From: an uncultured bacterium
GTDB lineage: Bacteria; Patescibacteriota; Minisyncoccia; Phycocordibacterales; GWA1-40-21
Length of the DNA stretch: 64,000 bases
Reading direction: 5' to 3'
Assembly: GCA_963804975.1 (NCBI GenBank)
Contig: CAWDSG010000002.1
Coordinates: forward strand, 133,288-197,287
The first letter of the stretch is position 1, and each line of letters begins with the position of its first letter. The position numbers were made by a program, and so were the translations under genes. This document shows positions 51,068 through 61,942 of this stretch, piece after piece. The notes below the pieces were generated by a model. The model saw only the letters and a list, made by a program, of their open reading frames with translations, was not told the origin of the DNA and did no database searches.

Positions 51068-52048
51068 TTATGATTTGAAAAGCAGATTTAATTTTATAAA
51101 ATCCTTGATTTTCACGAAAGTTTTGTACCAAAATGCATCATTTCTCCATTTGCCTGCCCTGATGATTTTTTCATTGAATCCGGATTTAACCGTCAGATTA
51201 AAGTATTTTTCATATAAGAAAAGCAGTTTTTTCGCTTGCCCGGCTGGACTGAAATTTTCTTCGACATATGCTCTCGGATTGAATGATTTCCATCTTGCTT
51301 CCATAATCTTAACTCCTTCCGATAAAGATTCCAAACCTTTTATTTTTAGGCCGCACTGATCGCTGAAATAAGGCGCAGATGAGATTCCACCTTCCCACTT
51401 TGATTCAAATTCTTTATCAATCACCAATATTGGCGTATTGAGAGCAAGAGCTTCAAGAAGAGCGATCCCTTGGCTTTCAAAGCAGCCGAGCCAAATGATA
51501 TATTTGCTGTTATTAACAGCTTCTTTATAAACACTTTCTTTGTATGAACCGTATTTTATGACAGCAAAGGCAATATTAAGATTTTTAAGGATACCGGTGA
51601 CTTTGTCCAGTTCTTCTTCTTTTCGTTGCTTGAAATAAATCAATACCTGATTTTTTTTATTTGCTTTTTCATTGAAATCCGACAAATCCACTCCGCTTGC
51701 CCATATTTCGGTAGGGGATTTATCATATCCTTTTGCTATCCAAACTTTCCGGATATTTTCTGACGGTTGGAGATATATCGTGTTCGGCAATTTCATCCCG
51801 GCGGGTATTTCCTGAGGAATCAAAAAAAGATTCGGACCGGCCAATACATGAACATATGATGGGAGATCATCTATTTGTTTGAAAGCGCGGATATCGTCAT
51901 GTATCCAGAGCCGTTTTGTGGAATCCAGCCGCTGATTGATGACATAAGGATAGCCGATTTCATCGAGGCCTTTTATAAGATTATCAACGACCTTTTTTGG
52001 CCCGCGGATTTCTTTGCTATATATTGATTTGGAAATTATATTGATCAT
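51068..52048 (-). CDS. glycosyltransferase (GT-B, group 1-like)
   Basis: C-terminal ...ESQGIALLEALALNTPILV... (GT1/GT4 E-x7-E-like region). Confidence 0.5.
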   Translation of the reverse strand: MINIISKSIYSKEIRGPKKVVDNLIKGLDEIGYPYVINQRLDSTKRLWIHDDIRAFKQIDDLPSYVHVLAGPNLFLIPQEIPAGMKLPNTIYLQPSENIRKVWIAKGYDKSPTEIWASGVDLSDFNEKANKKNQVLIYFKQRKEEELDKVTGILKNLNIAFAVIKYGSYKESVYKEAVNNSKYIIWLGCFESQGIALLEALALNTPILVIDKEFESKWEGGISSAPYFSDQCGLKIKGLESLSEGVKIMEARWKSFNPRAYVEENFSPAGQAKKLLFLYEKYFNLTVKSGFNEKIIRAGKWRNDAFWYKTFVKIKDFIKLNLLFKS

Positions 52049-52063
52049 AAATTGAAAAATCGA

Positions 52064-53254
52064 TTATTTCTGCGGATAACCCTGACGGTTTGTTATTTTT
52101 TTGAACAAGTATGTTCCAAGCTTTTGTCCAGGCAATTCAATATATCTGAATGTAATTGAAGCGATTATGATTGAAAGGATGCTTGTGGCGATAAAAAGGA
52201 ATATATATTCAACATAATCATTTGTAAAATGACTTGCGAAACCGGGATAAAGATTATTTTTTGTAATAATGATAAAACTGATGAAATGTATCAAGTATAT
52301 GCTGTAGCTGATTTTCCCTATATATTGCAGCACTTTGTTTTGCAGAAAATAAGCATATCCTTTTGAGAAAAGCAGTATAACTCCGAGGAAACATACCGAC
52401 TCTATATAAACTCTCGGCGTAGCTATGGAGATATCTATACTGTGCGTTATTAAAAATTTAATAATAACAAACGCTATTTCACAAGTGAAAACGGTTTCTA
52501 AAAGAAGCATGAATTCTTTCATATATGAAATAGGCTTGAGTTCTTGGTCTTTTTTGAATAATAGGAAGAAAACGACAAAACCAAGCATAAAAGTAGGAAG
52601 CTGTATCGGAACGGAATAAAAAAGGAAAGTTTTTATATTCTCGCTTATATTCGCGGGAAACAGGAGCGGCAGCACCAATTCTATAAGGCAGGCAATGACC
52701 AAAGACCACACAAAATATTTTTTTGCCGTACGAAGATTTTTTATTCTCAGGAATAAAAATGGGGTTATGAAACAGAAAAAAATTTCAACAGCTATGAACC
52801 ATTGTCCGGGAACAATAACATTCATATATTGAGGCACGAAATTATTGGTGAAAGTGATTGAAGTGACGATACTCCATAAATTGACATTCAGATTCAGCCA
52901 TCCGGGTTTATAGAAAAAAATTGTCAGCGCCAAAATGGAAAATACGCCTATCATGATATAAAACATCGGCGCAATCCTGAAAAATCTCCTGAAAAAGAAT
53001 TTTATTTTTTCCATCCGTTTTCCTGAAAATGAATTTCTGGACAAGCTCGTAAAAAGCGTGAGAGCGCTTATTATAAAGAAAAGCTGGACGCCCCGGGCTC
53101 CTTCGCCGGATATTCTGTAGAGGAAATTTGTCGCGGGATGAACCATAAAAATGGTCGTATGGAACAAGATTATGAGCAAGATCGCTATTCCTCTCAGAGC
53201 ATCCAAATACGGATATCTCTGTTTTTCTTCGCTTTTGACTGTATTTGGCGGCAT
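52064..53254 (-). CDS. acyltransferase family 3 (membrane O-acyltransferase)
   Basis: YPYLDALRGIAILLIILFH... plus ~10 TM helices. Confidence 0.75.
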   Translation of the reverse strand: MPPNTVKSEEKQRYPYLDALRGIAILLIILFHTTIFMVHPATNFLYRISGEGARGVQLFFIISALTLFTSLSRNSFSGKRMEKIKFFFRRFFRIAPMFYIMIGVFSILALTIFFYKPGWLNLNVNLWSIVTSITFTNNFVPQYMNVIVPGQWFIAVEIFFCFITPFLFLRIKNLRTAKKYFVWSLVIACLIELVLPLLFPANISENIKTFLFYSVPIQLPTFMLGFVVFFLLFKKDQELKPISYMKEFMLLLETVFTCEIAFVIIKFLITHSIDISIATPRVYIESVCFLGVILLFSKGYAYFLQNKVLQYIGKISYSIYLIHFISFIIITKNNLYPGFASHFTNDYVEYIFLFIATSILSIIIASITFRYIELPGQKLGTYLFKKITNRQGYPQK

Positions 53255-53255
53255 A

Positions 53256-54323
53256 TTATCGCATTAATTTTTTCTTAAAATATTTTTGCTTGAAATTTTC
53301 AAGGAAACCCAATTTTTTAAACGGCTGATAGAGTTTTGCTAATATTTTTTTTATCAAAGCCTGCTTTCTGGCATGTTTCATGATAATCATTTCATTTTTT
53401 TCTAATGCCATAGCGCGTGCGCCGTTTATGGTTCGGCGAGGCGCGTATTCTAGCGGCTGGTCAAAAATATTTTTTAAAAATTTTTCAAGGCCGCCCAGAG
53501 CTATTTTGAAGCTATAACCTTTGGCGAATAAGGGCTCATTCATTATTTTGATATACAAATCGTCATTATTGTCTATTTCCTTTACCCGCTCCACTACTTG
53601 ATCGAATGATTCGCAATTATGGCAGTTTATAAAACGTTTGGTGTTGAATTCGCGGCCGATCGCAGGATTGCCCCAGTATATGGGTATGGTGCTTGCCATG
53701 AAAGAATCAACGATCCTATCAGTGGTATATCCGTCTCGGCATGAATTCTCAATCGCCATGGAAAATTTATGCTTCATTTCAAAACCTAATTTATTATCGG
53801 TGGGACCGCCGATATTGTTTAAATATTTTCCTCCGGAATCTACTTTTTTATACGCATTTAACTTGTCAAGGAGGATTTTTCTTCTGTCATCAGCGAGATA
53901 ATTTGAATAGACAAAACTGCAAAAATCCGTCTTTTTATCAAGATCTTCCCGGGTAAAGGTTCTTGGTTTTGTGATATTAATATCCTTAGCCATTTCCAAA
54001 TCTTTTTTATGATAAAACGTAGCTATAAAATAAGAAGACAATCTATAATGCCTGTCCTCGAAATTCATATAATCATAACTGATGGCATAATCGCAAAGAT
54101 TGAAGTTCGGACTTATATTTTCTGAAGTGTAGAATATCCTGATGCAATCATATTTCAAATATTCATAGGTTGATTCGTGATAAAAAACATAGTCCGGATT
54201 ATCCGATATTTCAACATCATAATATTTTTTGAGAATATTATTTAAAAAATAATTGTATGAAAGGGGGGATTTTTCATCCATTTCATTATATTTGCAATAT
54301 TTTACTTTTATTTTTTTCTTCAT
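53256..54323 (-). CDS. alpha-1,3/4-fucosyltransferase-like (GT10); start probably the internal Met (MKKKIKV) at 54323
   Basis: KHKFSMAIENSCRDGYTTDRI resembles the GT10 motif (FKFxLAFENSxxxDYVTEK). The track ORF start at 54368 would overlap the upstream gene by 49 nt. Confidence 0.55.
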   Translation of the reverse strand: MKKKIKVKYCKYNEMDEKSPLSYNYFLNNILKKYYDVEISDNPDYVFYHESTYEYLKYDCIRIFYTSENISPNFNLCDYAISYDYMNFEDRHYRLSSYFIATFYHKKDLEMAKDINITKPRTFTREDLDKKTDFCSFVYSNYLADDRRKILLDKLNAYKKVDSGGKYLNNIGGPTDNKLGFEMKHKFSMAIENSCRDGYTTDRIVDSFMASTIPIYWGNPAIGREFNTKRFINCHNCESFDQVVERVKEIDNNDDLYIKIMNEPLFAKGYSFKIALGGLEKFLKNIFDQPLEYAPRRTINGARAMALEKNEMIIMKHARKQALIKKILAKLYQPFKKLGFLENFKQKYFKKKLMR

Positions 54324-55255
54324 TTGATGTGGGCGATTATTTGGCTCAAATATTTTTTGTCTTTGCAATCTTCGGGATTTCTCTCATTGATCTCATTGAA
54401 ATATTTATATTTTACTTTTACCCGCTTATTTTCTTTTTTCAAAAACATCTCATATTCCATATCGATATGGCCGATATCAATAACCCTATATCCTGTCAAG
54501 AATAAATCATAGGCTAGCACTTTTGCGGTTGGACCGAGTGAAATCAAGATCAATTTATGCTTATCTATTTTACCGGCTTCCATTAATATTTTATCATATT
54601 TTGTAAAGGCATTTTCAGCCGGGCACAATATTCTTTTTATTGATTTTACGCCATTAAATAGGTCATTTCCCACGCCAAGCCGGCTTTTTTCTCCTTCAAT
54701 CAAAACGACATCTTTTGCTTCCCATATTGATTTTAATTTTTGAAATATATGGCTTGACTGAGATTTATCATCAAAAGGGATATAAGGGCGAGTTATAAAT
54801 GTATCGCCATATATTTGATTAAGAGACAATAAACTTTTCCATACAGATCCATGCTTAAAAAGATGATGTATGCTAAATAAAAATGTTTCTTTATTAAAAT
54901 TATTCATTTTTCCCCACATCTCCGGAATGCAGATAAGCAATCCTTTTTTATTTGTCCGTAATATGGTTTTCAGTTTTTCAGCCAAGTCCTTATCGTATTT
55001 TTGAAAGGCCAAATCAATACCATCAATAAGAGATATTTCTCCGTCGCCGAAGCGTATGACAGAAAGATTTTCTTTTATAATTTTATCAAGCGTCTGTTCA
55101 ATGGATAATACTTTTGGTGCACCCGGATCTTTTTGTATGTATACTCTGACAAAATAGGCAATATATGCAATTACCGGACCTACTTTTATTCTAATGGAAA
55201 GGGGAATAATTTTTCTTAATTTATCTATAATTTTATTGATAAATGATTTTTTCAT
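54320..55255 (-). CDS. GT-D-type glycosyltransferase (DUF1792-like)
   Basis: VIRFGDGEISLIDG motif. Confidence 0.5.
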   Translation of the reverse strand: MKKSFINKIIDKLRKIIPLSIRIKVGPVIAYIAYFVRVYIQKDPGAPKVLSIEQTLDKIIKENLSVIRFGDGEISLIDGIDLAFQKYDKDLAEKLKTILRTNKKGLLICIPEMWGKMNNFNKETFLFSIHHLFKHGSVWKSLLSLNQIYGDTFITRPYIPFDDKSQSSHIFQKLKSIWEAKDVVLIEGEKSRLGVGNDLFNGVKSIKRILCPAENAFTKYDKILMEAGKIDKHKLILISLGPTAKVLAYDLFLTGYRVIDIGHIDMEYEMFLKKENKRVKVKYKYFNEINERNPEDCKDKKYLSQIIAHIK

Positions 55256-55256
55256 A

Positions 55257-56204
55257 TTATAATCTAAAATTCTTAATTTTATTTTTTATATCGTTTAACT
55301 TTATTATCCATCGGGAAACTATTTTGGGAACAGGAATTCCGCCGGTTCTTTTTTCGAACTCATTTTTGAATGTTTTGTTATCCCAGATATCCAATGGTTC
55401 AAAGAATTCTATGCCGTATTTATCAAACCAATTAAAGATCTCCGTAAAACGCCAATCTGTCTTGTAATCATACCGTGTAACGGAGTTATCGGTTATTTTA
55501 AAGTCGGAATCCGAAAGAATAGGTCTTGTTTTTATATTTTTTATATCTTTTTGGATATCATAAGTGACATTTATTCTTTGTGCGGATCTGTCAGCTTTGA
55601 TAAGTTCGCTGCACATGTACCATGCGCGTTTCATAGCCGATCTTTCCGTATTTAAAAATTGGAAATGAATAACCGAACCATGTTTTCTGTCAATAACGAG
55701 TTTATAATCAGGATTGCCGGGAGTTCTGCTTACCCCAAGAAAAACATATTTAAAAGCTGCGTTTTTATCGTCGCAAAAAATAAAACTTTTGTTTAATTTA
55801 TCATATACGCCGTCTATCCTTTCCGTTTTAAGATTCCCATATAGATTAATCCAATCCATCCATAAGCTTTGGCCCGGTTTCAGCGATAGAATGGTTTCTC
55901 TCGCGGAATTAAAGAAATTATTTGAAAAAATCTCATCGCAATCAAGGCAGATAAAATGGGTTCCTCCTTCTTTCCGGCCTTCATCCAAAAGCCGTTCCCT
56001 TATCTTATATTCAGTCCAGCCGGATTCTTTTTCATAATTTTCCGTGATTATTTTAGCTCCGGCTTTTTCCAGCAATGATCTGCTCTTATCCGTTGAATTG
56101 TCGTCAAAAGCAATTATAAAATCAGTAATTTTCTTTATGGAATTTATATATTCTTTCAATATCCACTCCTCATTTTTGAATGGTAATAATGCTATTATTT
56201 TCAT
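55257..56204 (-). CDS. glycosyltransferase family 2-like
   Basis: MKIIALLPFKNEEWILKEYINSIKKITDFIIAFDDNSTDKS. Confidence 0.55.
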   Translation of the reverse strand: MKIIALLPFKNEEWILKEYINSIKKITDFIIAFDDNSTDKSRSLLEKAGAKIITENYEKESGWTEYKIRERLLDEGRKEGGTHFICLDCDEIFSNNFFNSARETILSLKPGQSLWMDWINLYGNLKTERIDGVYDKLNKSFIFCDDKNAAFKYVFLGVSRTPGNPDYKLVIDRKHGSVIHFQFLNTERSAMKRAWYMCSELIKADRSAQRINVTYDIQKDIKNIKTRPILSDSDFKITDNSVTRYDYKTDWRFTEIFNWFDKYGIEFFEPLDIWDNKTFKNEFEKRTGGIPVPKIVSRWIIKLNDIKNKIKNFRL

Positions 56205-56216
56205 TTTCAGTAAAAA

Positions 56217-56987
56217 TTATTTTCTACAAACAGCGATTAAATAACTGGCTGTCTCATTATCGTTAATTTTTGTCGGTATAAAACTTTCTTTTCTAACAAG
56301 ATTTTTATTTACGGCGCTGTTTCCAATACTGTTATCAATATTTAACCTTAATTTTTTGGGAAAAATTTTATGCCGAATCTTGAATTTATCCAATTTAACC
56401 AATTTATGCAATAATTTTGCAATTAATAAAGAGAAACTATTGCCATACGGTTTGATGTCCTGGCCATACAAACCAATAATTTTGAAATTTTTACTTAACA
56501 TCCTTAAAAATTGAGCTTTGCTCATTTCACAAACATGAAATTCATTATGGCCTTCTCCCGTTACATCTTTGTCTGGAGTTGAAACTATAAATGTTCCTCC
56601 GGGTTTTAACACCCTGTATGCTTCTTGCAAGAATTTCTCCTGTTTTTTGTGTTTGACATGTTCGATTGTTTCAAATGAAATTACCACATCAACAGATTCG
56701 TTTGGTGTAGAAATATTTTCCACATCCCCAACACAAAAAGAAAGATTATTTTTTTTATATTTGCTTTTTGCGTGTTCTATTGTCTCTGGATTTATATCAA
56801 TACCAACAACTTTATTTGAAATTTTAGCTAATTGATCGGAGCCGTATCCTTCGCCGCAAGCTATATCAATAACTGATTTTGCTCGAACATATGATTGGGC
56901 AAAATCATATCTATTCAAATGTATTTCAGAAATATTGTCTGATTTATTAAATTCATCCGGCATATATCTCTCTCCTGTGAATTTCAT
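56217..56987 (-). CDS. class I SAM-dependent methyltransferase
   Basis: VIDIACGEGYGS...VLKPGGTFIVSTP. Confidence 0.7.
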   Translation of the reverse strand: MKFTGERYMPDEFNKSDNISEIHLNRYDFAQSYVRAKSVIDIACGEGYGSDQLAKISNKVVGIDINPETIEHAKSKYKKNNLSFCVGDVENISTPNESVDVVISFETIEHVKHKKQEKFLQEAYRVLKPGGTFIVSTPDKDVTGEGHNEFHVCEMSKAQFLRMLSKNFKIIGLYGQDIKPYGNSFSLLIAKLLHKLVKLDKFKIRHKIFPKKLRLNIDNSIGNSAVNKNLVRKESFIPTKINDNETASYLIAVCRK

Positions 56988-57041
56988 GTTTTTATATTAA
57001 AATTTGTAATAAATATCTGTTTTAGTAAATTATCTCAACAT

Positions 57042-57908
57042 TTATTTTTTTGGCATTCCGGGATATTTCTCTGGATGAGCTTTCATTTCTTTGACTATGC
57101 GAGAAATGCCTTCACCCAGTCCTGTTTTTGGCTTCCAGTATGTAAAAATATATTGATCCGGCTCATTTTTCTTATTCTGCTGAACAGTATCTTTTTGTCG
57201 GGGATTTGGAATTATTTTTGCGCCGGGAAAATGCTTTGAAATGATGTCGGCTAGATCAAGAATAGAGTGCCATTTGAAGCTTGTGATATGCAATTGCTTG
57301 TCTCTCGGTATTTTATGATATTTTTTTGACAATTCTATCAGACATTCGCTGCAATCATCGGCGTAAAGAAACTGCCGTTCCTCAGTTCCGTCAGTCATCA
57401 AATCCATCACGCCGTTTGTTGCCGCCTTGATGATAAGATCGGCAATCACATGATATTTATCTTCATCGCGCTCCAATCCATATACGTTCCAGAATTTAAC
57501 CACAAGCCCGCCTAAAACCCCCGTCTTTTTTTCACCGATTGATTTGAGGAGGCCGTAGCTGGAATAAGACATATTTGCCATTTGGCTTGAAGCGAAAATA
57601 AAAGGTTTCTTGTGTTTTTTAAGCGCATCAAATGTCCGGTCTATGATTTTGATATTGTTTGATATGAAATCATACGTGTTCTGGTATGCTTTCAGATACC
57701 GCGAACCCCCGACGTCAAAAGCCAAAAAGAAAACAAAATCCGCCTTTTTAATAGTTTTATCCAACAGTTTATTGTTATATATCCTCAGATCCTGAGACGG
57801 ATGATTTTCTATGTCAAATTCAAGAACTTCATGTTTTTTATCTTCTTTTATCTTACTTACGAGAGCTGAACCGATCTGGCCTGCCGATCCCAATACTAAG
57901 TATCTCAT
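57042..57908 (-). CDS. NAD-dependent epimerase/dehydratase family protein
   Basis: MRYLVLGSAGQIGSALV (Rossmann GxxGxxG); SDR-extended length. Confidence 0.6.
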   Translation of the reverse strand: MRYLVLGSAGQIGSALVSKIKEDKKHEVLEFDIENHPSQDLRIYNNKLLDKTIKKADFVFFLAFDVGGSRYLKAYQNTYDFISNNIKIIDRTFDALKKHKKPFIFASSQMANMSYSSYGLLKSIGEKKTGVLGGLVVKFWNVYGLERDEDKYHVIADLIIKAATNGVMDLMTDGTEERQFLYADDCSECLIELSKKYHKIPRDKQLHITSFKWHSILDLADIISKHFPGAKIIPNPRQKDTVQQNKKNEPDQYIFTYWKPKTGLGEGISRIVKEMKAHPEKYPGMPKK

Positions 57909-58052
57909 GGCTTTTATTGCAACATTATTATCTTGCTAAGAACTGCCATTATAGCAAAATTATCTCAGCTTTTCCATGTGATACAGTATTTACTAATATT
58001 TCAAAATAAAAACAAAATTTCCGGCCGGATATTCATTATTTAATCAGTTATC

Positions 58053-58784
58053 TCATTTAAATTTTCTTTTCAAATTTCTTATTATTCTGGAAATTTTATT
58101 TTTTATTCCGTCAAAAAACCACGATATGTTTTCTTTGAACGTGGGAATATATTTATTTATAACATTTTTTTCTCCGACTTTTACACCATATATTCCGCTT
58201 TTATATCCGTCGATTTCCAGGTCAAAAAAATCAAGCTGCCATTCGGATAAATTTTTTGCCCACCAGTATTTTCGTCTTATATGCCAAAGTTTTTGCTGAA
58301 GATTCTTGTCATAATTTTCCGCAAAATACAGCACAGAATCTTTGGGTACTTCGTTTAACAATTTTAAAAATTCCTTCACATAGTAATCTTTTATGTGGGA
58401 TAAGACTGTGGAGGTGGTAAAAAATGACGGTTCAGAGATATCCAGCCCTAAAATGCCGTCAATCATATCTTTGTTTATGAGCTTGATGTTTTTAATATTT
58501 GATTCCTTGATCAGTTTTTCGGCATTTTCTACGGCTGTTTTTGACGGTTCTATGCCGATTACTTTATCAAATAAATCCGAAGTTTTTATGACAAGCCAGC
58601 CGCCGCCGGAGCCTATGTCTATATGCACTTTTGCCTTATTCGGCATGGAAAATGCTTTTTTAAAACCAGCTGTTTCAAAGGTATTATCTTCTCTGGTTTG
58701 CTTGAGTGTTTTTTTAAAACAATTAGTGTCGGATTTTATATACTGAATATCGTGTTCTTTGAAGCTCAATAGGTCTTTTTTCAT
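58053..58784 (-). CDS. class I SAM-dependent methyltransferase
   Basis: HIDIGSGGGWLVIKT. Confidence 0.5.
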   Translation of the reverse strand: MKKDLLSFKEHDIQYIKSDTNCFKKTLKQTREDNTFETAGFKKAFSMPNKAKVHIDIGSGGGWLVIKTSDLFDKVIGIEPSKTAVENAEKLIKESNIKNIKLINKDMIDGILGLDISEPSFFTTSTVLSHIKDYYVKEFLKLLNEVPKDSVLYFAENYDKNLQQKLWHIRRKYWWAKNLSEWQLDFFDLEIDGYKSGIYGVKVGEKNVINKYIPTFKENISWFFDGIKNKISRIIRNLKRKFK

Positions 58785-58793
58785 TTTTTTATA

Positions 58794-59498
58794 TTATTTA
58801 ATCCTTTTTAAATATCCGTCTATGTTGAAAGTCGCATTCTTGCCGAAAAAATCGCACCATTTCCTGTCTATCTTAAAATCATTATTATTTTTCAAAAATT
58901 CACGGATTGCCCTTACCGGACCACCGTTGAATTTCTTTTTCATTCCAAGCTCATCGACTATTCCATCTTCAATGATCAGGTAGGAACCTACGGAGACGAT
59001 AGGGGAGAATTTTTTAATCGCTCCGATGGATTGTTCGTATGTATGGGCGCCATCCTCAATAACCAGTATTTTGGAAAATCCTTTCACTTCTTTCAGATTA
59101 TAATTTTCCCAGCCATTGGAAAACGTTTTAATCCTTGGGTGATTAAGCAGGATTTTGTCGTACAATGGCTCAATATCGATTGTATGAATCATTCCGAATC
59201 CAAACGTATTCAATAAATCGCCAAGATATAAAGCGCCGCCTCCTTTGTACGTTCCTATTTCTATTATCAAATCGGGCTTTAATTCCGAAATTATCATCTG
59301 ATAAAGCACATAGTCAAAAGGGCACCTTGTGGCTTTTATACCTCTATAAGTGACATTCAGATGTCCGGCATATATTGAACGTACATTAAAATTCGTATGC
59401 ACATTCCTATCTGTGAAAAAATGATAAATTTTTACTAAAAATTTATAAATTGGTTCAGGTAATACTTTTTTTATGGCCGAGATATAATTATTATTCAT
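58794..59498 (-). CDS. CmcI/macrocin-O-methyltransferase-like class I methyltransferase
   Basis: IIEIGTYKGGGALYLGDLL...LIIEDGAHTYE. Confidence 0.5.
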   Translation of the reverse strand: MNNNYISAIKKVLPEPIYKFLVKIYHFFTDRNVHTNFNVRSIYAGHLNVTYRGIKATRCPFDYVLYQMIISELKPDLIIEIGTYKGGGALYLGDLLNTFGFGMIHTIDIEPLYDKILLNHPRIKTFSNGWENYNLKEVKGFSKILVIEDGAHTYEQSIGAIKKFSPIVSVGSYLIIEDGIVDELGMKKKFNGGPVRAIREFLKNNNDFKIDRKWCDFFGKNATFNIDGYLKRIK

Positions 59499-59532
59499 GA
59501 TTTTATCTTATCATATTTTATTTAAATGACTA

Positions 59533-60882
59533 TTATTTATTTTTTATTTTAAAAACACCCAATATCATATTTCTTGTTTGTTTGAACAAAATCAACGAAC
59601 AGAAAGGTATGATATATGAAATCAGGCTTGCAAATGCGGCTCCGGATATTCCGTATCTCGGTATCAAAAAAATATTCAGCAGGACATTTGTCGCCATTCC
59701 TAAAAATGAAGTCAGCAATATTATTTTCGTGTAATTTTCCGTGATAAGCAACTGCTGGGCGAACGCGTTCAAAGCTCCGCCTATATTACTCCAAACATAT
59801 ATTTGAAGAACGCCAAATGCACCGGAAAAACCTGCACCGAATATTATGGTTATAATGGGTTTTGAAAATATCGCTGTGGGAAGCGCGGTTACTGCCGATA
59901 TCAATATTAATACCCAGAATAATTTCTTGATTCTTTCATAGTATAGTTTTTCCGATGTTTTTTTTGCATTTATAATTGCAGGAAAAATTGCTGAAATTAT
60001 TATATTCGGGATAAAATACCAAACTTCCGATACTGAAACTGCCGAGCTATAAAGTCCGACCGATGCCGCGCCCATCATATTTTTCAGCATAACCTGGTCT
60101 ATTCGCGAATATATCGCAAAGAAAGCTCCCGCAAAAATAAGAGGGAACGAATCTTTCAGGATTGATACGGCTATTGCCTTGTCAAAACTCCAATATTTTA
60201 TTGTTCCGTATACTTTTATCCTGAAATATATAAAACCAATCGCATAAAGTATCGGTTCAAGCAGGACAACGAGTGCAAGATATATGACGCCCTTGCCGTA
60301 CATAATCACTATTATTTTCAGGACATTCAATATGAGAACCACAATCAGGGAAATCAAAGAAGGATATTTTTGGTTTGCCTCCGCTTGGAACTCATAGCTT
60401 ATCAATTGAAATGTGCTGAACACGAATGTTAAGCTGACAATGAAAATTAACAATAACGAAACATCCCTTGCCGAGAATATAAAGGCAAAGAGCATACAGA
60501 GTATCACTGTTATGACAGAGGCAATCATCCTTACAGCGAGCGCAGAACCGAGAAATTTATCTCTTTTTTCAGGATATTTTATGAGATCCCTGTACAGTAT
60601 CTGGTCTATGCCTAAAGTGGCGATAAAACCAAAAAGTCCGACAAAACTCAATGCGTAATTCAATTGCCCGTAATTTGTCGGTCCCAAGCGCCTTGCAATG
60701 AAAATGGTGGCAATGAAGGAAATAACCATGCTTGCTATTTTTACAGCAAACATCCAGCCCATATTTTTTGAGTGCTTTCGAAATCCGGGATGTCTTATTT
60801 TTCCTTTCGCGTAATTTTTAAACGTGTCCCAGCTTGAAAAAGCGTCAAGAAGTCCAACCTCGTTTTGTGGTGATATTTCCAT
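59533..60882 (-). CDS. Wzx-like oligosaccharide flippase (polysaccharide biosynthesis protein, MOP superfamily)
   Basis: ~12 TM helices, 449 aa, located in the glycan locus. Confidence 0.65.
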   Translation of the reverse strand: MEISPQNEVGLLDAFSSWDTFKNYAKGKIRHPGFRKHSKNMGWMFAVKIASMVISFIATIFIARRLGPTNYGQLNYALSFVGLFGFIATLGIDQILYRDLIKYPEKRDKFLGSALAVRMIASVITVILCMLFAFIFSARDVSLLLIFIVSLTFVFSTFQLISYEFQAEANQKYPSLISLIVVLILNVLKIIVIMYGKGVIYLALVVLLEPILYAIGFIYFRIKVYGTIKYWSFDKAIAVSILKDSFPLIFAGAFFAIYSRIDQVMLKNMMGAASVGLYSSAVSVSEVWYFIPNIIISAIFPAIINAKKTSEKLYYERIKKLFWVLILISAVTALPTAIFSKPIITIIFGAGFSGAFGVLQIYVWSNIGGALNAFAQQLLITENYTKIILLTSFLGMATNVLLNIFLIPRYGISGAAFASLISYIIPFCSLILFKQTRNMILGVFKIKNK

Positions 60883-60919
60883 AATTTATACCATATATCG
60901 GTATCTTTTTATCGAATTT

Positions 60920-61897
60920 TTATTTGGATTTTTTTACTTGCTCTTCAATCCAGGCGTAAGTTTTTTCCATACCTTTTCTTAATGGAATACTGGGAGCCCA
61001 GCCAAGTTTGCTTTTAATCAATTTGTTGTCAGAATTTCTGCCACGGACGCCAAGAGGTCCGTCAATATGCTTGATTTTAAGTTTTTTACCGGCAATTTCC
61101 ATTGCCATTTTTGCAAGATTATTTATGGCAATCATTTCCTCGGAACCGATATTCACTGGCCCGTTGAAATCCGAATCCATAAGCCTTCTTATGCCTTCCA
61201 AGCATTCGTCTATAAACAGGAATGATCTTGTCTGTTTTCCGTCGCCCCAAATTTCCATTTCACCTCCATCCGGCGTCTCAGCGACTTTTCTGCACATTGC
61301 AGCCGGCGCTTTTTCTTTTCCCCCTTTCCAAGTGCCTTCGGGTCCGAATATATTATGGAATCTCGCAATACGGACATTCAGTCCATAGTTGCGCATAAAA
61401 GAAAGATACATTCTTTCGCTGAATAATTTTTCCCAGCCGTATTCGCTGTCCGGTGCGGCAGGGTATGCCGAGTCCTCGGAACAATTCGGATTATCGGGAT
61501 CTTTTTGATTATAAGCGGGGTATATGCAGGCCGACGAAGAATAAAAGATTTTTTTTATTCCGGCTTTTTGTCCGTAATAAACCATATTGAGATTGATTGT
61601 CGCGGAATTGTGCATAACATCCGCATCATGATCTCCGGTAAAAATATATCCCGCTCCGCCCATATCGGCTGCAAGTTGGTATACTTCGTCAAATGCCCGA
61701 TCAAGTATTTTTTGGCAGACCAGCTGATCCCGCAAATCCGCAACAACAAAATCATCGGCTTCGGTCTTGCTGAATTCCGGTTTTTTCAAATCAACGCCTC
61801 GTACCCAGAATCCTTCCTTTTTCAATTTTTTTACGAGATGGCTCCCGATAAATCCTCCTGCGCCGCAGACGAGGGCTGTTTTTTGTTCTTTTTTCAT
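60920..61897 (-). CDS. GDP-mannose 3,5-epimerase-like NAD-dependent epimerase
   Basis: GAGGFIGSHL; SSACIYP; ARFHNIFGPEGTWKGGKEKAPAAMCRK; GDGKQTRSF; GVRGRNSDN. Closely mirrors plant/bacterial GME signature blocks. Confidence 0.6.
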   Translation of the reverse strand: MKKEQKTALVCGAGGFIGSHLVKKLKKEGFWVRGVDLKKPEFSKTEADDFVVADLRDQLVCQKILDRAFDEVYQLAADMGGAGYIFTGDHDADVMHNSATINLNMVYYGQKAGIKKIFYSSSACIYPAYNQKDPDNPNCSEDSAYPAAPDSEYGWEKLFSERMYLSFMRNYGLNVRIARFHNIFGPEGTWKGGKEKAPAAMCRKVAETPDGGEMEIWGDGKQTRSFLFIDECLEGIRRLMDSDFNGPVNIGSEEMIAINNLAKMAMEIAGKKLKIKHIDGPLGVRGRNSDNKLIKSKLGWAPSIPLRKGMEKTYAWIEEQVKKSK

Positions 61898-61942
61898 ATC
61901 AATAATCTTATAAATTTATAATTAATCATTCTAATTTAAGCA